Source of the DNA: Vicugna vicugna | Lineage: Eukaryota | DNA: 64,000 bases | Assembly: GCA_013265495.1 (NCBI GenBank) | Contig: MU061904.1 | Coordinates: 2,170,001-2,234,000, forward strand | Direction: 5' to 3' | Shown here: positions 62,870-64,000 of the stretch, in pieces | Numbering within the stretch: the stretch's first letter is position 1 | How the letters are laid out: the number at the start of each line of letters is the position of its first letter | Made by a program: the position numbers and the translations under genes | Notes under the pieces: generated by a model | What the model saw: the letters and a program-made list of their open reading frames with translations, nothing else | The model's database searches: none | Told to the model about the DNA's origin: nothing

Positions 62870-63860
62870 GAGGCCAGGAGGACAAGGGTAGAGAGAGGAC
62901 CTGAAGGGGCCAACAGGAGACGGCCAGCATAACCACCACTGGATAAGAATATTAACTGCCTTCATTGGGCATCATTCGTTATCCCATTTGATCTGCTGTG
63001 CAGTCCTGTGAGGCGGGCACCGTCACGGCTCTTGTTTTACAGGTAGAGATCTGAAGCACAGATAAATGGAAACAATTTGCTCCAGAGTTCCGCAGCTCAT
63101 AAAAGCCAGGGGTGGCATTAGGATCTGGGCTGATCTGGCTCCAGAATCGGGCTTGGGCCAGCCCTGCAGGCCGACAAGTTGACCATAAGAGCAGCTCCCA
63201 TGTATGTGCTCTGAGATCAAATACATTTCAAAACCACTCTAAAGTGTAGGCTGCTATATCACTGGGCAAAGAACACTGTTCCCACACCAGGCACTGCACG
63301 ACATTATTTGTATGATAAATTCTATGATACATGTGTATCATAATTATCATCATCATTTAGTTCTGTGACTTTTCCCCCAGGTAGGCTGTGAACCCCTGGA
63401 GAGCAGGGATCTGTGCACCAGGCTCTGGGCACTGGGCACTGCACATGGCAGGCTCTCGGTCTGTGCTTGCATTGAGTTGAATTCAGTCTTTTCTCCTTGA
63501 GTTTATAACAAGAGATTCAGTCAGCCAAGCATTTAGTTAACATTTCTGAACACCACTAGGTCTCTGCAGCTGCCAGTCTAGGCACATAGGAATATTAGCT
63601 GAGTAGGACTCATGGTCTAGTCTCAGAGACAACGGGTGCACGGTGAGATGAGCAAGGGACGGCAGGAGCACAGAAGGAGGACCAGTTAATGCTGATGGCA
63701 ACGATGGGAGGGGCGGGCCCACCGAGAAGCCTTTGAAAGATGAATTGGGCTCCAATAAATGAAGTATAGGGAAGGGCATTTCCTGTTTTTAATTTTTTAA
63801 ATTAAAGTGTAGTTGATTTACAATGTTAGTTTCAGGTGTACAGCAACATGATTCAGTTAT

Positions 63861-63972
63861 TTTTATTTATTATTTTTAAATTTATTATTTTAAAGTGGAG
63901 GTGCTGGGGATTGAACCTAGGACTTCGTGCATGCTAAGCACACACTGTACCACTGAGCTACACTCTCCCTCC
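63861..63972 (-). mobile_element. tRNA-derived SINE, Vic-1-like, inserted into an L1 3' end
   Basis: Reverse complement reads GTGTAGCTCAGTGGTACAG...CCTAGGTTCAATCCCCAGCACCTCC. Duplication TGATTCAGTTAT at 63849-63860 and 63978-63989. Host sequence (about 63787-64000) resembles an L1 3' terminus. Confidence 0.9.
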
Positions 63973-64000
63973 AAAAGTGATTCAGTTATACATGTACATA

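Overview
Mammalian genomic DNA containing the conserved cluster PPP2R5D(-), PEX6(+), GNMT(-), CNPY3(-), PTCRA(-), which is syntenic with human 6p21.1 in reverse orientation. The species is most likely a camelid, inferred from six copies of a tRNA-derived SINE resembling Vic-1. I reconstructed exons by hand from GT/AG boundaries and from recalled human protein sequences. PEX6 (17 exons, 980 aa), GNMT (6 exons, 295 aa), CNPY3 (6 exons, 282 aa) and PTCRA (4 exons, 282 aa) are complete and in frame. PPP2R5D lacks its last exon (off the left edge), and four of its exons are partly or wholly covered by N runs. The rest is introns and intergenic DNA with MIR, L2, L1, MER, MLT1 and ERV-L relics. I found no evidence of a new gene system. 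The most interesting observations are a frameshifted pre-TCR alpha C-terminus relative to human, an RBPJ/E-box/Myb module upstream of PTCRA, a 134-bp tandem duplication upstream of GNMT, the poly(A) layout at the PEX6/GNMT and CNPY3/GNMT junctions, and N gaps that fall mainly on PPP2R5D exons. All human comparisons are from memory and need alignment. Repeat family names and boundaries are approximate.
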